From Jiangellaceae bacterium (GTDB taxonomy: Bacteria > Actinomycetota > Actinomycetes > Jiangellales > Jiangellaceae): a DNA stretch of 64,000 nucleotides. The DNA lies in the NCBI GenBank assembly GCA_036374175.1, contig DASUUH010000072.1, forward strand, positions 7,709 to 71,708. Direction: 5' to 3'. The position numbers were made by a program, and so were the translations under genes. Below are positions 1 through 10,818 of this stretch, in pieces; the stretch's first letter is position 1; each line of letters starts with the position of its first letter. The notes below the pieces were generated by a model. It worked only from the letters and a program-made list of their open reading frames with translations, searched no databases and was not told where the DNA came from.

Positions 1-1247
1 CGAGCCGTCAAGGCCTCTTCGGCTTCGGCCAGCTTGCGTTCGTTGCCGGCCGCGCGGGCCTTTTCGACCTGCTGCTCCAGCTCGGCGATCGACTCGCGCA
101 ACTGGTTGACCGTAGCTTCAGCACGCGCCCGAGCCTCGGGATTCGTGCGCTGCCATTCGGACTCCTCGGCCTCGCGAACGGCCTCCTCGACCCGGCGCAG
201 GCGAGCCTCGATGGACCGCATGGCGTCTCGCGGTACGTGCCCGGCCGCCTCCCAGCGGTCCTGGATGGAACGCAACGCCGCTCGCGCGGCCTTCCAGTCC
301 GTCACGGGCAGTAGCGCCTCTGCCTCGGCCAGCAGGGCCTCCTTGGCCTGCAGGTTGGCCTGCTGCTCCGAGTCGCGCTTGGCGAACGTCTCCGACCGCG
401 CACCGAAGAAGGTGTCCTGGGCAGCGCGGAACCGCTTCCACAGCGCGTCGTCGACCGCCTTGGGCGCCGGGCCCGCGGCCTTCCACTGCGCCATGAGCTC
501 GCGATAGCGGCGCGACGTATCGCCCCAGTCGGTCGAGCCGGCGAGTTCCTCGGCCTCTTTGACCAGCCGCTCTTTGACCACCCTGGCCTCATCGCGGCGC
601 TCTGCCAACTCCGCGAAATGCGCCTTGCGGCGTCGGGTGTAGTGGGTGCGAGCGGTGGAGAACCGCCGCCAGAGAGCGTCGTCGGTGGCGCGGTCCAGGC
701 GGGGCAGCGACTTCCATTCGTCGAGCAGGGTGCGTAGCCGGTCGGCTCCGGTGCGCCAGTCGTTGCCCTGCGAGATCTGCTCCGCCTCGGCCGCTATCTG
801 CTCCTTGCGTTCGCGGGCTTCGTCCAGTGCCCGGGCCCGGGCGGCCCGCCGCTCGGCGCGCCGCTCGTCGACCCGCTGCTCGACGTGCTCGAGGCGCCGG
901 GTGAGCGCGTCGAGGTCGCCCACCGCGTGTGGCTCGGCCAGTGAGTCCCGAAGTTTGGCCGCAGCGGCCTGAGTCTCGTCGGGCGCGGCCACGCCGGATT
1001 CGAGCCGCTGTTCGAGCAGGTCGACCTGAACCACGAGGTCGTCGTACTTGCGCGCGAAGAAGGCCAGCGCCTGTTCGGGCTGGCCCACCTGCCAGGAGCC
1101 GATATGGCGCTCACCAGCGGTGGTGCGGACGAAGACGTCGCCGTTCTCGTCGACGCGTCCCCAAGTGTTTTCAGCCACGGTGGCCGGCGACGGTGGCGCC
1201 TTGTCCGGCTCCTCGGGTGTCCCGCGAGTGCCTGGAGTCTCGGTCAC
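1..1247 (-). CDS. DUF349 domain-containing protein (C-terminus lies beyond window edge)
   Basis: Absent from the ORF track because the frame stays open to base 1. Hand translation from GTG 1247 (GAAAGAGGAA 5 nt upstream) gives VTETPGTRG...ENTWGRVDENGDVFVRT. It continues with repeated units WKSLPRLDRATDDALWRRF and WKAAGPAPKAVDDALWKRF, the DUF349 signature. Confidence 0.8.
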   Translation of the reverse strand, partial: MTETPGTRGTPEEPDKAPPSPATVAENTWGRVDENGDVFVRTTAGERHIGSWQVGQPEQALAFFARKYDDLVVQVDLLEQRLESGVAAPDETQAAAAKLRDSLAEPHAVGDLDALTRRLEHVEQRVDERRAERRAARARALDEARERKEQIAAEAEQISQGNDWRTGADRLRTLLDEWKSLPRLDRATDDALWRRFSTARTHYTRRRKAHFAELAERRDEARVVKERLVKEAEELAGSTDWGDTSRRYRELMAQWKAAGPAPKAVDDALWKRFRAAQDTFFGARSETFAKRDSEQQANLQAKEALLAEAEALLPVTDWKAARAALRSIQDRWEAAGHVPRDAMRSIEARLRRVEEAVREAEESEWQRTNPEARARAEATVNQLRESIAELEQQVEKARAAGNERKLAEAEEALTA

Positions 1248-1270
1248 GGTGGTTCCTCTTTCTGCGTGGC

Positions 1271-2020
1271 TCATAGCTCGGTGACGAGGCTGTCGATGGT
1301 CACCGGCTCTGCAGGAGCGCCGTCGGTCGAGCCGTCCTCGGTCCCAGCCTCGGCGATCTCGGTCAACACGTCGATCCCTTCGGTGATGCGACCGAAGACG
1401 GTGTACTCCGGCGGGAGCTCGGAGTCCTCGTACACGAGGAAGAACTGGCTGCCGTTCGAGTCCGGCTCACCCGGCCGGCGGGCCATCGCAACCGTGCCGG
1501 CCTCGTAGGTGGCGCCCTCGACATTCTCCAAGCCGAACTCATACCCGGGCCCGCCGCTACCCGAACCTGTCGGATCGCCGCACTGGAGCACCCGCAGCGA
1601 CTCGGAGGTTGCCAGGCGGTGGCACTCAGTGCCGTCGAAGTAGCCTGCGTTGGCCAGGTTGACCAGCGAATTCACCGTACACGGGGCCTCGTCGGCCAGC
1701 AGTTCGACCGTCACGGGTGAGCCGTTGAGGCTGATCGTTGCGGTCGTGGCGGCTACCGGCTCCCCAGGCGGCAGGCCGATGGCCTCGACCGGCTCGGTCT
1801 CGGTGTAGACGCAGGGGCCTTCGGTTGCGTTCGGCTCGGTCTCGTCGTCCGACGGCAACCAGCCGCCCAGAGCGACGACCAGCCCGCCGATCAGCACGAT
1901 GGCTCCTACGATGGCCACAATCATCAAGCGCTGCCGGCGAACGGCCGCCCGGCGAGCCTGCTGGCGCTCGAACTTCTCGCGCGCGAGCTGGCGACGACGA
2001 CGCTCCTTGGTGCTCGCCAC
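1271..2020 (-). CDS. ppiB: membrane-anchored cyclophilin-type peptidyl-prolyl cis-trans isomerase
   Basis: Last 249 codons of track ORF 1271..2998(-). GTG 2020 has GGAG just upstream. A basic tail and one TM helix (LMIVAIVGAIVLIGGLVVALGG) precede the cyclophilin core (YFDGTECHRL, QCGDPTGSGSGGPGY, AMARRPGEPDSNGSQFF). The upstream part of the ORF is antisense read-through of the MBL gene. Confidence 0.9.
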   Translation of the reverse strand: MASTKERRRRQLAREKFERQQARRAAVRRQRLMIVAIVGAIVLIGGLVVALGGWLPSDDETEPNATEGPCVYTETEPVEAIGLPPGEPVAATTATISLNGSPVTVELLADEAPCTVNSLVNLANAGYFDGTECHRLATSESLRVLQCGDPTGSGSGGPGYEFGLENVEGATYEAGTVAMARRPGEPDSNGSQFFLVYEDSELPPEYTVFGRITEGIDVLTEIAEAGTEDGSTDGAPAEPVTIDSLVTEL

Positions 2021-2152
2021 CGATACTCCTTCGTTCCCTCCCGTTACCGGGCAGGTCGGCTTACCTCCCGGGTTGGGACAGTCTAGGCAGTGGATGCCAT
2101 GCGTTACGTAACGAGTTCGACTCATTGCACGGCGCGTCGATAGGCTGACGCC

Positions 2153-2851
2153 GTGCTCACGGTCGGATTTCCCGCTGCGGCGTTCGGGACGAACTGCTAC
2201 GTCCTGGCGCCCGACGCCGGCCAAGAGTGCGTCGTCGTCGACCCCGGCATCGGTGTCCTCGACCGGCTCGACGAGGTGCTCCGCGAGCACCGGCTCAAGC
2301 CGCAGGCAGTGCTGCTCACCCACGGGCATCTCGACCACGTCTACTCCGTCACGCCCGTCTGCAACGCGCGCGGGGTCGCAGCCTACGTCCACGGTGATGA
2401 CCGGTACCGCCTTGTCGACCCGCTCGCCACCCTCGATCCGAGCCTCGTGGCGATGCTCGAGATGCAGTTCGGCGGCTCGGCCAAGTGGGCCGAACCCGAC
2501 GATGTGCGGCTGCTGCCCGACGGCGCCACCATCGCACTCGCCGGACTCGACATCGAGGTTGACCATGCTCCGGGCCATACCGAGGGATCGGTGATGTTCC
2601 GGCTGCCGGACGGCGGTGAACAAGGCGCCGAGCTCTGCTTGTCCGGCGACGTTCTCTTCGCGGGCAGCATCGGACGCACCGACCTGCCGGGCGGCGACCA
2701 CGCCGCGATGCTTCGCAGCCTCGCCCAGAAGGTGCTCCCGCTGCGTGACGACACCACAGTCCTGCCCGGCCACGGCCCAGCGACCACCATCGGCCGCGAG
2801 CGCGCGACCAACCCCTACCTCCAGGGGCTCAGCTCGCACGCCCGCCACTGA
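2153..2851 (+). CDS. MBL-fold metallo-hydrolase (glyoxalase II-like)
   Basis: 232 aa with the HxHxDH zinc motif ([10 protein letters not shown]) and later HAPGHTEGS and GRTDLPGGD. Position next to hisS matches other actinobacteria. Confidence 0.9.
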   Translation: MLTVGFPAAAFGTNCYVLAPDAGQECVVVDPGIGVLDRLDEVLREHRLKPQAVLLTHGHLDHVYSVTPVCNARGVAAYVHGDDRYRLVDPLATLDPSLVAMLEMQFGGSAKWAEPDDVRLLPDGATIALAGLDIEVDHAPGHTEGSVMFRLPDGGEQGAELCLSGDVLFAGSIGRTDLPGGDHAAMLRSLAQKVLPLRDDTTVLPGHGPATTIGRERATNPYLQGLSSHARH

Positions 2852-2868
2852 GCACAGCAAGGGACATC

Positions 2869-4140
2869 GTGAGCACGACATTCCGCGCCCCGCGAGGGAC
2901 GTTCGACCTGGTACCGCCGCGCGGCGACGCGGTGTTGGCCATCCGCGACGCGATGGCCGCTCCGCTGCGCCGGGCGGGGTACGCGTACATCGAGACACCG
3001 GCGTTCGAGGAGACCGCGCTGTTCGTTCGGGGCGTCGGGGAATCCACCGACGTGGTCACCAAGGAGATGTACTCCTTCACGACCCGTGGCGGGGACGAAG
3101 TCACCCTGCGTCCTGAAGGTACGGCGCCGGTCCTGCGGGCCATCCTCGAAAACAACCTGCATCGCGGGGCGCTGCCGGTGAAGCTGTGGTACTCCGGTTC
3201 GTACTACCGGTACGAACGGCCGCAGAAGGGCCGATACCGACACTTCTCACAGGTCGGCGCGGAGGTTGTCGGCACCGAGGACGCCGCCGTCGACGCCGAA
3301 ACAATCTTGCTCGCGGTGGATGCTTATCGCAGCCTCGGGTTGTCGCAGTTCCGGGTGCTGCTCAACTCGCTGGGTTCGGACGAATCGCGTCCTGCCTACC
3401 GGACCGCGCTTCAGGAGTTCTTGCGCCGGCTGGACCTCGACGAGGAGACGGCCCGGCGGGTGGAGCTCAACCCGTTGCGCGTGCTCGACGATAAGCGGCC
3501 CGAGATGCAGGTAACGCTCGCCGATGCACCATTGATCACGGAGTTTCTGTCGCCCAGCGACCGTGCACACCACGACCTGATCCGGCAGCTGCTCACCGAC
3601 GCGGGGGTCGAGTACGTCGACGAGCCGCGGCTGGTGCGCGGGCTCGACTACTACACCCGCACCCTGTTCGAGTTCGTCCACGACGAGCTCGGTGCGCAGT
3701 CGGCGATTGGTGGCGGCGGTCGGTACGACGGATTGTCTGAATCGCTCGGTGGCCCGCGGCTACCCGGCGTCGGGTGGGCGCTCGGCGTCGAGCGGACGTT
3801 GCTTGCCGTCGAGGCTGAGCGGCAGGCCATGCCCGCACCGGCGCACGTAGCCGTGTTCGCCGTACCTCTCGGCGAGGAGGCAGAGCGGCGGCTGTTCGGC
3901 CTCGTGACCCAACTGCGCCGGGCGGGCGTAAGTGCGGACATCGCGACCGGGGGCCGGGGGCTCAAGGGCGCGATGAAGGCGGCCGACCGCAGTGGCGCGG
4001 CCTTCGCCGTGGTGGCCGGTGACCGCGACCTGGCCGGCGGTGTGGCGCAAGTGAAGGACTTGGCCACGGGCGAGCAAGCTGCGGTGGCTTTGGAGACGCT
4101 CGCCGACGAACTTACCGCCCGGCTGGACAAGGCAGGTTGA
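2869..4140 (+). CDS. hisS: histidine--tRNA ligase
   Basis: 423 aa. Class II aaRS motifs are present ([34 protein letters not shown]) with a C-terminal anticodon-binding domain. Confidence 0.97.
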   Translation: MSTTFRAPRGTFDLVPPRGDAVLAIRDAMAAPLRRAGYAYIETPAFEETALFVRGVGESTDVVTKEMYSFTTRGGDEVTLRPEGTAPVLRAILENNLHRGALPVKLWYSGSYYRYERPQKGRYRHFSQVGAEVVGTEDAAVDAETILLAVDAYRSLGLSQFRVLLNSLGSDESRPAYRTALQEFLRRLDLDEETARRVELNPLRVLDDKRPEMQVTLADAPLITEFLSPSDRAHHDLIRQLLTDAGVEYVDEPRLVRGLDYYTRTLFEFVHDELGAQSAIGGGGRYDGLSESLGGPRLPGVGWALGVERTLLAVEAERQAMPAPAHVAVFAVPLGEEAERRLFGLVTQLRRAGVSADIATGGRGLKGAMKAADRSGAAFAVVAGDRDLAGGVAQVKDLATGEQAAVALETLADELTARLDKAG

Positions 4141-4184
4141 CACGAACCGCTTGCAGATATGTCCGACGTATGTTCGAATAAAGT

Positions 4185-5687
4185 GTGCGATGGCAAGCTC
4201 AAGCGTTGGACGCGCATGACGATGGGGTCCTGCCCGGCCTGACTCGCATACCCGGGTTGGTCCGGTCGGTTCGTACGCCGGAGTTCGCAGGGGTCACGTT
4301 CCACGAGGTGCGCGCCCGCAGTGTGCTCAACCGGGTGCCTGCGGCCGCTCGCCTCCCGTTCCAGTGGACGATCAACCCGTACCGCGGCTGCAGCCACGCG
4401 TGCGTCTACTGCCTCGCAGGTGATACTCCGATCCTGATGAGCGACGGCCGGCTCAAGCGGCTGGCCGACATTCGAGTTGGCGACACCGTCATCGGCACCG
4501 AACGGACGGGGCGTCGCCGCCAGTACCGGCCGACCGACGTCCATGCTCACTGGTCGACAACGCGGCCGGCCGTGCAGGTGGTCCTCGAGGACGGCACGGC
4601 GTTGGTGGCCAGCCCCGATCACCGGTTCTTGACCACACGCGGCTGGCAGCAGGTCGCCGAGCTGACGCTGACCGACCAGTTTGTCGGCTCGGCAGCGCTG
4701 CGCCATGTGCCGAGGCATTCGCGCAAGCGCAGGGTCGCGGGTGCGACGGTCACCAGCGAACCCGGCCTTCGGCTGGTGTCGATCGGCCCGGTCGGTCCTG
4801 ATCGCGAAATGTTCGATATAACCACCGGCACCGGCGATTTCGTCGCTAACGGCGTAATCTCGCACAACTGCTTCGCCCGGGGCACGCACTCGTGGCTAGA
4901 GCTCGACACGGGCACCGGCTTCGACTCAGAGATCGTCGTGAAGGTCAACGCACCAGACGTGGTGGCCCGCGAACTCAGCCGGGCGTCGTGGACGCGTGAG
5001 CACGTGGCGCTGGGCACCAACACCGACCCGTACCAGCGGGCCGAGGGCCGCTACCGGCTGATGCCGGGCATCATCAATGCCCTCGTCGCGTCAGGCACGC
5101 CGTTCTCGATCCTGACCAAGGGCACACTGCTGCGCCGTGACCTGGCGCTGCTGACGGCCGCCGCCCGCGAAGTTCCGGTCCGCCTCGCGGTGTCGGTGGC
5201 GATCTACGACGAGGATCTGCACGCCAACCTCGAGCCGGGCACGCCCTCGCCACGAGCCAGGCTGGACCTGGTGCGGGCGATCCGCGACGCCGGATTCGAC
5301 TGCGGCGTTCTGCTGGCCCCGGTGCTGCCGCATTTGACCGACTCGGCGGAGCAATTAGACGCGGCGGTCTGTCAGCTGGCCGCTGCGGGCGCCACCAGCG
5401 TCACGCCCATTGCGCTGCACCTACGCCCGGGGGCTCGGGAGTGGTTCATGGCGTGGCTGAGCCGTGAGCGGCCGGAGCTGGTTCCGGCGTACGAGCAGTT
5501 GTACCGGCGCGGCGCGTACGCGCCGGCGGCCTACGGTGACCGCCTGAGCGCCCGGCTAAAACCCATGCTGGCGCGACATGGGCTGGATCGGTCCGCGCGT
5601 GGCCAGGCTCGTGGCCTGGACGAGAACAGCAGCGCTCGCCCCGCGGACCCTGAGCGTCCATCCGCAGAGCAGCTCAAGCTCATGTGA
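4185..5687 (+). CDS. Rv2578c-family radical SAM protein, interrupted by an in-frame mini-intein
   Basis: N-extein is MRW...[18 protein letters not shown] and C-extein is [13 protein letters not shown]...LGTNTDPYQ. Joined, they give the radical SAM CxxxCxxC motif ([11 protein letters not shown]). Location between hisS and aspS matches the mycobacterial Rv2578c neighbourhood. Confidence 0.9.
   Translation: MRWQAQALDAHDDGVLPGLTRIPGLVRSVRTPEFAGVTFHEVRARSVLNRVPAAARLPFQWTINPYRGCSHACVYCLAGDTPILMSDGRLKRLADIRVGDTVIGTERTGRRRQYRPTDVHAHWSTTRPAVQVVLEDGTALVASPDHRFLTTRGWQQVAELTLTDQFVGSAALRHVPRHSRKRRVAGATVTSEPGLRLVSIGPVGPDREMFDITTGTGDFVANGVISHNCFARGTHSWLELDTGTGFDSEIVVKVNAPDVVARELSRASWTREHVALGTNTDPYQRAEGRYRLMPGIINALVASGTPFSILTKGTLLRRDLALLTAAAREVPVRLAVSVAIYDEDLHANLEPGTPSPRARLDLVRAIRDAGFDCGVLLAPVLPHLTDSAEQLDAAVCQLAAAGATSVTPIALHLRPGAREWFMAWLSRERPELVPAYEQLYRRGAYAPAAYGDRLSARLKPMLARHGLDRSARGQARGLDENSSARPADPERPSAEQLKLM
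4410..4868 (+). mobile_element. class-1 mini-intein (153 aa, no homing endonuclease domain)
   Basis: It starts with Cys ([13 protein letters not shown], block A). It has a block B-like SPDHRF and block [22 protein letters not shown], and is followed by +1 Cys (CFAR). Coordinates were checked codon by codon: tgc at 4410-4412, aac at 4866-4868. Confidence 0.85.
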
Positions 5688-5787
5688 CGTCCGCTTGGAC
5701 GCCGAATATCCACTGGTTCGGCGCGCAGTCGGAGGGTTACATAGGATCGGGACGCCCAACTCGCACCGTGAACTCGAAGGGAACCTC

Positions 5788-7551
5788 GTGCTTCGGACCC
5801 ATTCGGCGGGAGAACTCCGCGCCGAGCATGCCGGCCAGACTGTCACGCTTACCGGCTGGATCGCGCGCCGGCGCGATCATGGGGGAGTGGCGTTCCTGGA
5901 TCTTCGTGACGCCTCCGGCATCGCACAGGTCGTCATCCGGGACGAGGCGGTAGCCCACGGGCTGCGTAATGAGTTCTGCGTCAAGGTGATCGGTACGGTC
6001 GCCCGGCGCCCAGCGGGCAACGAGAATCCAGCGCTGCCCACCGGAGAGATCGAGGTCATCGCCGAGGCCGTTGACGTGCTGAACGAGGCGGCCCCCCTGC
6101 CGTTCCAGCTCGACGAGCACGTCGAGATCGGCGAGGAGGTCCGGCTTCGCCACCGGTACCTCGACCTGCGCCGCCCAGGGCCGGCCGCCGCGCTTCGGCT
6201 GAGGTCCAGGGTCAACCAAGCGGCTCGCGAGGTGTTGCTCGCGCACGACTTCGCCGAGATCGAGACGCCGACGTTGACCCGCAGCACACCGGAGGGCGCT
6301 CGCGACTTCGTCGTACCTGCGCGCCTGCGGCCCGGTTCGTGGTACGCATTGCCGCAGTCTCCTCAGCTCTTCAAGCAGCTGTTGATGGTGGCCGGCTTCG
6401 AGCGCTATTTCCAGATCGCGCGCTGCTACCGCGACGAGGACTTCCGCGCCGACCGCCAGCCCGAGTTCACCCAGCTCGATATCGAGATGAGCTTCGTGGA
6501 CCAGGACGACGTGATCGCGCTGTCCGAGGAGATCGTCGCAGCACTGTGGAAGCTCGTCGGTTACGACATCCCGCGGCCCATCCCGCGACTGACGTTCCGC
6601 GAGGCGATGGACCGGTACGGCTCAGACAAACCCGACCTGCGATTCGGGATAGAACTCACCGAGGTCACGTCGCACTTCGCGGACACCACATTCCGGGTGT
6701 TCCAGGCGCCGTACGTCGGCGCAGTGGTGCAGCCGGGAGGGGCGTCGCAGACCCGAAAGGAACTCGACGGCTGGCAGGAGTGGGCACGTGCTCGCGGAGC
6801 GCGTGGGCTTGCGTACGTGTTGGTCGGGCAGGACGGCGCGCTGAGCGGGCCGGTGGCCAAGAACCTGAGTGAAAAGGAGCAGGCGGGCCTGGCCGAGCTC
6901 GTCGGCGCCGGACCTGGTGACGCGATCTTCTTCGCTGCGGGATTCCGGAAGCCGTCCCAGGCGCTGCTCGGCGCCGCGCGAGCGGAGATTGGCCGCCGGG
7001 CCGGCCTGATCGACGAGAGCGCCTGGTCGTTCGTGTGGGTCGTGGACGCACCGCTGTTCGAGCCGGTCTCGGAAACCGACGACGTGGCCGTGGGCTCAGG
7101 TGCGTGGACGGCCGTACACCATGCGTTCACGTCTCCGAAGCCGGAGTTCATGGACACCTTCGACACCGACCCTGGATCGGCGCTGGCATACGCGTACGAC
7201 CTGGTGTGCAACGGCACCGAGATCGGCGGCGGGTCGATCCGTATTCACCGGCGTGACGTTCAGGAACGGGTGTTCCGGGTGATGGGCCTGACGCCCGAGC
7301 AGGCGCAGGAAAAGTTCGGCTTCTTGCTGGACGCGTTCAAGTACGGCGCGCCTCCGCACGGCGGCATCGCGTTCGGCTGGGACCGCGTCGTCGCACTGCT
7401 GGCCGGGTCGGACTCGATCCGCGACGTCATCGCGTTCCCCAAGACAGGCAACGGCTACGACCCGCTCACCGCTGCGCCCGCGCCGATCACCCCGGAGCAG
7501 CGTGCCGAGGCAGGTGTCGACGTGATGCCTGAGGAGGACTCTGCGGGCTAG
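5788..7551 (+). CDS. aspS: aspartate--tRNA ligase
   Basis: The track ORF starts at 5578 but overlaps the radical SAM 3' end. GTG 5788 (GAAGGGAA upstream) gives [24 protein letters not shown], the conserved AspRS N-terminus. Motifs [24 protein letters not shown] and GGGSIRIH are present. Confidence 0.95.
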   Translation: MLRTHSAGELRAEHAGQTVTLTGWIARRRDHGGVAFLDLRDASGIAQVVIRDEAVAHGLRNEFCVKVIGTVARRPAGNENPALPTGEIEVIAEAVDVLNEAAPLPFQLDEHVEIGEEVRLRHRYLDLRRPGPAAALRLRSRVNQAAREVLLAHDFAEIETPTLTRSTPEGARDFVVPARLRPGSWYALPQSPQLFKQLLMVAGFERYFQIARCYRDEDFRADRQPEFTQLDIEMSFVDQDDVIALSEEIVAALWKLVGYDIPRPIPRLTFREAMDRYGSDKPDLRFGIELTEVTSHFADTTFRVFQAPYVGAVVQPGGASQTRKELDGWQEWARARGARGLAYVLVGQDGALSGPVAKNLSEKEQAGLAELVGAGPGDAIFFAAGFRKPSQALLGAARAEIGRRAGLIDESAWSFVWVVDAPLFEPVSETDDVAVGSGAWTAVHHAFTSPKPEFMDTFDTDPGSALAYAYDLVCNGTEIGGGSIRIHRRDVQERVFRVMGLTPEQAQEKFGFLLDAFKYGAPPHGGIAFGWDRVVALLAGSDSIRDVIAFPKTGNGYDPLTAAPAPITPEQRAEAGVDVMPEEDSAG

Positions 7552-7660
7552 AACGGGGACTGTCAGTCACCCCGCCTCAAGCTCGTGAGCCGGCTGGAGT
7601 TCGGCTCGGGTGCGGTGGCGATGAGGTATGAGCCGAGACACATGTTGGATCCGCAAGCCG

Positions 7661-8500
7661 TCAGCCGAGCTCGCTGAAGAACTCCCACATCGTCTCGCTG
7701 GCCCACAACGGCTCGCGATCGTCAGCGCTGCCGAACCACACGTGGCCCTGATCAGCCACGACATGGACGCGGAACGGTTCGCCACCGCACGTGAAGGCCA
7801 AGGTCGTGACACCGGCTGGCGGCTCACCGGGGTCGGCCTCGTCGCAACCGACGCCGCTGCGCCACGCCTCGAGCATGTCCAAGCCAAGTGACGCCCGCGA
7901 ATCGGATTCGCCGATGAAGGCGACAACGGGCACGGGCGCGGCGACGTCATCGATGACCTCGGCCACCGATCCCGTGCCTGAAGGCGTCACAGCGGCAACT
8001 CCGGATATGAGATCAGGCAAGCTCAGGGCCGACACGATGGCCATGTCGGCGCCGTTGGAGAAGCCTGTGACGTAGATCCGGTCGGGATCGGCACCCCACG
8101 AGTCGACGAGGTCGCCGATCAAGGCTTCGACATAATCCACGTCGCGCCCGCCGGCCTCCGGCTCCCATCGCTGGTCCTCGCCCCGGGGAAAGACGGCCAG
8201 AAAACCCATCTCGTCAGCCAGGGTCGCTAGCTCAGATTCTCGACTGATCGTGTCTGGCGAACCGGGCATGCCATGGAAGGCGAGAACCGCTGGGGCGAGC
8301 GGCCGCAGATCTGAACCCGGCGGCGCGTAGATGTCGTAGCTCCGCTCTCCAACCTCGACCTCGACGTGATACGTGCCGGCGGACGGGTCAGCGGGCGAGG
8401 AGGTTGCGCGCGAATCCGCCTCGTCGGCATCCGAGCAGCCGCCGGCAACGACGCAAGCGATGAACCAGCAGACCGCCCAGGCCCGAGTTATGCGTGTCAC
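7661..8500 (-). CDS. PHB-depolymerase/esterase-family alpha/beta hydrolase, probable lipoprotein
   Basis: GTG 8500 gives VTRITRAWAVCWFIACVVAGGCSD, a signal peptide with a lipobox Cys. GFSNGA is the nucleophile elbow. The start is less certain than the frame. Confidence 0.75.
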   Translation of the reverse strand: MTRITRAWAVCWFIACVVAGGCSDADEADSRATSSPADPSAGTYHVEVEVGERSYDIYAPPGSDLRPLAPAVLAFHGMPGSPDTISRESELATLADEMGFLAVFPRGEDQRWEPEAGGRDVDYVEALIGDLVDSWGADPDRIYVTGFSNGADMAIVSALSLPDLISGVAAVTPSGTGSVAEVIDDVAAPVPVVAFIGESDSRASLGLDMLEAWRSGVGCDEADPGEPPAGVTTLAFTCGGEPFRVHVVADQGHVWFGSADDREPLWASETMWEFFSELG

Positions 8501-8672
8501 CTCGTCGTTGTACGCCTTATCGCCGCCCAGTTGCAAGATCGAAAGAAATTGACTTGCCGGGCAGCTCGTTCGGATGGCACTGTGAAAGCGATGTTCAGCT
8601 GACACCTGTGTCCGGCCCGCGCCCGAGGCTACGCCCGGCGGGCTCCGATCGACTCTCACGTGAGGTCGTCAG

Positions 8673-10295
8673 GTGTCTCAGTTTTCCGCAGTCAATCTCT
8701 TCCACGGCTACCAAGGCCGGATCGTCCTTAGCGGTTTGGATGTCGTGGCCGGTGCCGGTGAAAGGCTCGGCCTGGTCGGTCAGAACGGCGCCGGGAAGTC
8801 CACCCTCCTGCGCATCGTCGCCGGGCGTGAGCGGCCGGACGGCGGCGAGGTCGTCTGGCAAGGAGACGTTGGGTACCTCGCGCAGGAACCCGAGCTGCCG
8901 GCGGGCCGCACCATCGGTGACGCCGTCGACGCCGCCCTAGCACGGTTCCGCACGCTCGAGCACCGCATGCGTGCACTCGAACACCGCATGGCCCGTGGTG
9001 AGGACGTCCTGGCCGAGTATGGCGAAGAGCTCGCCGAGTACGAGGACCATGACGGCTGGTCGGCGGATGCGCGCGCGGCCAAGGCGCTGGGCGGCCTCGG
9101 CCTCGGCGACCTGCCTCAGGAACGGCCGGTCGACACACTGTCCGGCGGGCAGCGAGCCCGGCTGGCGCTCGCCCTGGTGCTCGTCCGCGCCCCGGAGATC
9201 TTGCTGCTGGACGAGCCGACGAACCACCTCGACGAGGATGCCCTGGCCTACCTGGAAGCCGCCTTGCGTGAGCGCAGTGGAATCTTGGTGACCGCCTCAC
9301 ACGACCGGGCTTTTCTCGATGCCGTATGCACGACGATCCTCGACTTGGACCCGTCATTCACAGTTAATGCGGACGGCAGCCCCGCCGTCGGCCCGGCTCG
9401 TTACACCGGCGCATACTCGGAGTACCTGGCCGGAAAGGCAGCCGCCCGGGCGCGCTGGGAGCAGGCCTACGCCGCCTGGACCGACGAGGTGAACGTACTG
9501 CAGGCGGCGGTCAAGCAGACTGCACGGCACGTCGGCCACTCGAACCGGGCGCCGCGCGACAACGACAAGTTCGCGCCGCATTTCTTCGCGCAGCGCTCTG
9601 ACGCCGCCGTAGCCCGGCGAGTGCGTGACGCCGAGAACCGGCTGGCGCGGCTACGCGAGCTGCGTGTGCCCAAACCGCCCAAAGCACTGGAATTCTCGGC
9701 GGTCCTGACGTCCAACGTCCCCACCGGCATGCTGATCTCTGGCCGGGATATCGACCTGCCCGGCCGCCTCCACATCGACGCCGTCGACGTCAGCGCAGAC
9801 ACCCGCTTGCTTGTCACCGGGCCGAACGGTGCCGGCAAGTCGACTCTCCTAGCCGTGCTCGCCGGCGCTTTGACACCAGAGCATGGCCGGGTCATGGTCG
9901 CCCGGGGGTTGCGCATCGGTTGGCTGCCGCAGGAGGGTGGCTTTGCTGACCCGACCGCGACCGCACTCCAGGTCTTCGCCGCCGGCCGCCCTGGTGTGCC
10001 GGAAGACCACCAAGGCGACCTGGTCGGTCTCGGCCTGTTGCCGCCCCGCGATGTGCACACTCCGGTCGGGCGCCTGTCCATAGGCCAACAGCGGCGACTC
10101 GCCCTGGCCCGGCTGTTGACCGCTGGCCCCCAGGTGCTGCTACTGGACGAACCGACCAACCACCTCTCGCTAACACTGGTAGAGGAATTGGAGCAAGCCG
10201 TGCTGGGTTCGAAGCTGCCCGTCGTCGCCGTATCGCACGACCGCTGGCTCCGCCGGCGCTGGACCGGCGACGAGCTACGCCTGCCCACTGACTGA
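8673..10295 (+). CDS. ABC-F family ATPase (two ABC domains, no membrane domain)
   Basis: 540 aa with Walker A twice (GQNGAGKST, GPNGAGKST), signatures LSGGQRARL and LSIGQQRRL, and a charged inter-domain linker. Confidence 0.9.
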   Translation: MSQFSAVNLFHGYQGRIVLSGLDVVAGAGERLGLVGQNGAGKSTLLRIVAGRERPDGGEVVWQGDVGYLAQEPELPAGRTIGDAVDAALARFRTLEHRMRALEHRMARGEDVLAEYGEELAEYEDHDGWSADARAAKALGGLGLGDLPQERPVDTLSGGQRARLALALVLVRAPEILLLDEPTNHLDEDALAYLEAALRERSGILVTASHDRAFLDAVCTTILDLDPSFTVNADGSPAVGPARYTGAYSEYLAGKAAARARWEQAYAAWTDEVNVLQAAVKQTARHVGHSNRAPRDNDKFAPHFFAQRSDAAVARRVRDAENRLARLRELRVPKPPKALEFSAVLTSNVPTGMLISGRDIDLPGRLHIDAVDVSADTRLLVTGPNGAGKSTLLAVLAGALTPEHGRVMVARGLRIGWLPQEGGFADPTATALQVFAAGRPGVPEDHQGDLVGLGLLPPRDVHTPVGRLSIGQQRRLALARLLTAGPQVLLLDEPTNHLSLTLVEELEQAVLGSKLPVVAVSHDRWLRRRWTGDELRLPTD

Positions 10296-10308
10296 TAGGT
10301 GTAGACAC

Positions 10309-10794
10309 ATGCCAATCTCGCCGTACATCCGCAAGATGCGTGAGTCGATCGGGCGGGAGTTGCTCCTCGTGCCGTCCGTGGCCGTTCTGCCACGCGACCG
10401 TGACGGTCGAATCCTGCTGGTCAAACAGGCCGACACCGGTAGGTGGGCGACCATCGGTGGTTCGGTCGAGGTGGACGAGGATCCGGCGGTTGCGGCCGTC
10501 CGCGAAGCCGCCGAGGAGGCGGGTGTCGACGTCAGGCTTACCCGCCTACTAACGGCGGTTGGCGGTCCAGAGTTTCGGATCACGTACCCGAACGGCGACC
10601 GGACGGCGTATGTGAGCATCGTGTACGAGGCCGAGGTCGTGGGCGGATCACCCCGGCCCGACTACGACGAAACTGTCGATGTGGCTTGGTTCGAGCTTGA
10701 CGCCCTGGCTGCGATCGAGCTCGGAGACTTCGCGCGTCACATGTTCATCAGGCTGGGGCTGGACGGTCATGGGGGTGCGGCGCAACCTCTGTAG
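10309..10794 (+). CDS. NUDIX hydrolase
   Basis: 161 aa with a Nudix box: GGSVEVDEDPAVAAVREAAEEAGV. Confidence 0.85.
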   Translation: MPISPYIRKMRESIGRELLLVPSVAVLPRDRDGRILLVKQADTGRWATIGGSVEVDEDPAVAAVREAAEEAGVDVRLTRLLTAVGGPEFRITYPNGDRTAYVSIVYEAEVVGGSPRPDYDETVDVAWFELDALAAIELGDFARHMFIRLGLDGHGGAAQPL

Positions 10795-10818
10795 CAGCGC
10801 GGCGTCACGGCCCGACCA

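Noticed and set aside
2021-2998. Upstream 326 codons of track ORF 1271..2998(-)
   Set aside because: This part lies opposite the MBL hydrolase and the hisS start. The cyclophilin has its own GTG, SD sequence and TM anchor at 2020.
3651-4889. 412-aa minus-strand ORF
   Set aside because: It is antisense to the hisS 3' end and the radical SAM/intein gene. It has no recognisable domain.
5578-5787. 70-codon N-terminal extension of aspS in the track
   Set aside because: It overlaps the radical SAM 3' end. The conserved AspRS N-terminus begins at GTG 5788, which has an SD-like GAAGGGAA upstream.
8591-8602. 3-codon uORF (MFS*) in the 170-nt leader of the first ABC-F gene, as a possible attenuation peptide
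   Set aside because: There is no credible SD or -10 box at the right spacing, and it is too short to judge. There is also no evidence that this ABC-F is a resistance-type member.
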